DNA of 32,000 nucleotides from Raphidiopsis brookii D9 (GTDB lineage Bacteria; Cyanobacteriota; Cyanobacteriia; Cyanobacteriales; Nostocaceae). The DNA lies in NCBI GenBank assembly GCA_000175855.1, contig ACYB01000038.1:94243-126242 (forward strand), read 5' to 3'. Below, piece after piece: positions 30,488 to 32,000 of this stretch. Both the position numbers and the translations under genes were made by a program. The number at the start of each line of letters is the position of its first letter. Position 1 is the stretch's first letter. The notes under the pieces were generated by a model. It made no database searches and was not told the DNA's origin. It worked only from the letters and a program-made list of their open reading frames with translations.

Positions 30488-31981
30488 CTACTGCGGTAGT
30501 GTAAAATAAAAAGTGCTACCACTATCCAATGTGCTCTCAATCCAAATTTTTCCCTGGTGTTTTTCCACAATATTTTTACAAATAGCTAATCCTAAACCCG
30601 TACCACCGTTTTGACGAGCATCAGAAACATCCACCTGTTCAAATCGCTCAAAAATAGTCTTTAACTTATCCGCAGGAATACCTTTACCATAATCTTTTAC
30701 TGCGATAATAATCTCTTTATCACCCATTTTAGTGTATATCTCTACTTTAGTACCAGCATGGGAAAATTTTACGCTATTGCTCAATAGGTTGGTCAGGACT
30801 TGAATAATTGTTTCTTCGTCAGCTAGGATTTTTGAGTTATGTACATCAAGTGTGCTGTAGGAAATTTCCATCCTCTTTTGTTGCGCGATTGGTTGCACTG
30901 TTTCCATTGCTTGTTTTACCATGATATTAATATCACAAAGCTCCAGGTTTAGTCTCATTTTACCTGAATCCAACATTTCTAAATTCAAAATATTGTTGAC
31001 AAGACGTAACAGTCTTTCACTATTACTAACAGCGATTTTTAACATCTGTTCTGCTTCCCGTGGTTCATCAACTAAAATTCCTGTTGCCAAAATCTCCAAA
31101 GCACCTTTAATAGCTGTTAAAGGTGTGCGTAATTCATGACTAACTACAGAGACAAATTCATTTTTTAATTGCTCAACTTCGTGTTGTTCACTAATATCCT
31201 GAATCTGCCAAATAAAATGCAGGGGTTTCCCGTTGACATCAGATAGTAATGAAACATTCAGCAACACCCAAATAATTTTTCCCGATTTATGTAAACAGGA
31301 TTTTTCTACTTGATAGTTAGTTATTTGACCAGAGATAAACTGGTATGCCAAATCAAAATCTTTTAGTAACTCCTCACCTGTAATAATTTCTGTCACCTTT
31401 TTAGTGAGTAAATCTGGAGAATCATAACCCAAGATTTGACATAATGCTCTATTCACCTTGATGAAATATCCATTGAGTGACACTAAAGCCATACCACTAC
31501 CAGCATTTTCAAAAGCAGTGCGAAATCTTTCTTCACTTTGTCTTAAATTTTCCTCTATTTTTTTGCGATCTGTAATATCTTTAATGATAGAAATTACACA
31601 GTCTTTGTTATCTATCACAATAGGTTCACAAGATACTAAAGAGGTTTTTACTTCCCCAGATTTTATAAGCCAGTCGAATTCTAAATTTCGGACATATCCT
31701 TGATTTTTGAGTTGTTCCTTGAGTAATAATCCCTGTTCAGGATTATATATCAAGGGTAAATTATCAAAACTATAACCTATCAATTCTACTTCCGAATAAC
31801 CAGTGAAATTTAAGAAATTAGGATTGACATCTAACAATATACAGCCCTGAATGTTTGGGTCGATAATTTGATGAATTAAAATTGGGTCAGGGGAACTGTG
31901 AAATATTTTAGTAAACTTATCTTGAGATTCCTGTAAAGCAGCTTGAATACTTATAAATGATAGTGCCAACTCCCTGGCCAT
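30488..31981 (-). CDS. PAS-domain sensor histidine kinase
   Basis: Two PAS segments (FTKIFHSSPDPILI; FRTAFENAGSGMALV), VSHELRTPLTAIKGALEIL, LLSNSVKFSHAG, DYGKGIPADKL, GGTGLGLAICKNIVEKHQGKIWIES. A TGA stop precedes the ATG in frame (31994-31996). Confidence 0.9.
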   Translation of the reverse strand: MARELALSFISIQAALQESQDKFTKIFHSSPDPILIHQIIDPNIQGCILLDVNPNFLNFTGYSEVELIGYSFDNLPLIYNPEQGLLLKEQLKNQGYVRNLEFDWLIKSGEVKTSLVSCEPIVIDNKDCVISIIKDITDRKKIEENLRQSEERFRTAFENAGSGMALVSLNGYFIKVNRALCQILGYDSPDLLTKKVTEIITGEELLKDFDLAYQFISGQITNYQVEKSCLHKSGKIIWVLLNVSLLSDVNGKPLHFIWQIQDISEQHEVEQLKNEFVSVVSHELRTPLTAIKGALEILATGILVDEPREAEQMLKIAVSNSERLLRLVNNILNLEMLDSGKMRLNLELCDINIMVKQAMETVQPIAQQKRMEISYSTLDVHNSKILADEETIIQVLTNLLSNSVKFSHAGTKVEIYTKMGDKEIIIAVKDYGKGIPADKLKTIFERFEQVDVSDARQNGGTGLGLAICKNIVEKHQGKIWIESTLDSGSTFYFTLPQ

Positions 31982-32000
31982 AGTTTGAAAAGATTCACCC

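Noticed and set aside
31981-32000. Sensor kinase 30488..31981 continuing past the window edge
   Set aside because: An in-frame TGA at 31994-31996 precedes the ATG, so the frame closes inside the window. A frameshifted N-terminal extension beyond the edge cannot be assessed.

Overview
Cyanobacterial chromosomal window. HIP1 octamers (GCGATCGC) are scattered throughout, and gene content resembles filamentous Nostocales, although I cannot establish the species from sequence alone. Most of the window is housekeeping: Ser/Thr kinase, mgtE-type Mg2+ transporter, pyrB, pheT, GDP-mannose pyrophosphorylase/phosphomannomutase-like fusion, thiC with a TPP riboswitch, RluE-type pseudouridine synthase, heme A synthesis (ctaB, ctaA), cytochrome c oxidase (ctaC/D/E), response regulators, RNase D, pirin, two CAP-domain paralogs, a COP23-like protein and a PAS histidine kinase. 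The most interesting locus is a four-gene same-strand cluster at about 2977-6693. It encodes (1) a protein with a C-terminal J-domain (HPD intact), (2) a vWA protein with a DATGSM/YRDY signature, (3) a compact MotA/TolQ/ExbB-like (ZorA-like) four-TM protein with a coiled-coil tail, and (4) a single-TM OmpA/MotB-like (ZorB-like) protein. This looks like a proton-channel-powered, Zorya-related or conflict-type machine without recognisable ZorC/ZorD/ZorE. The second notable signal is that ctaB and ctaA are both interrupted by a +1 nt frameshift in the identical string GCTTTTAATT, although the oxidase subunits next door are intact. A YciI-like gene at 12141-12411 also carries a 1-nt insertion. Several hairpins are also reported, including a possible regulatory leader in front of mgtE and a 13-bp perfect inverted repeat at 12648-12676.
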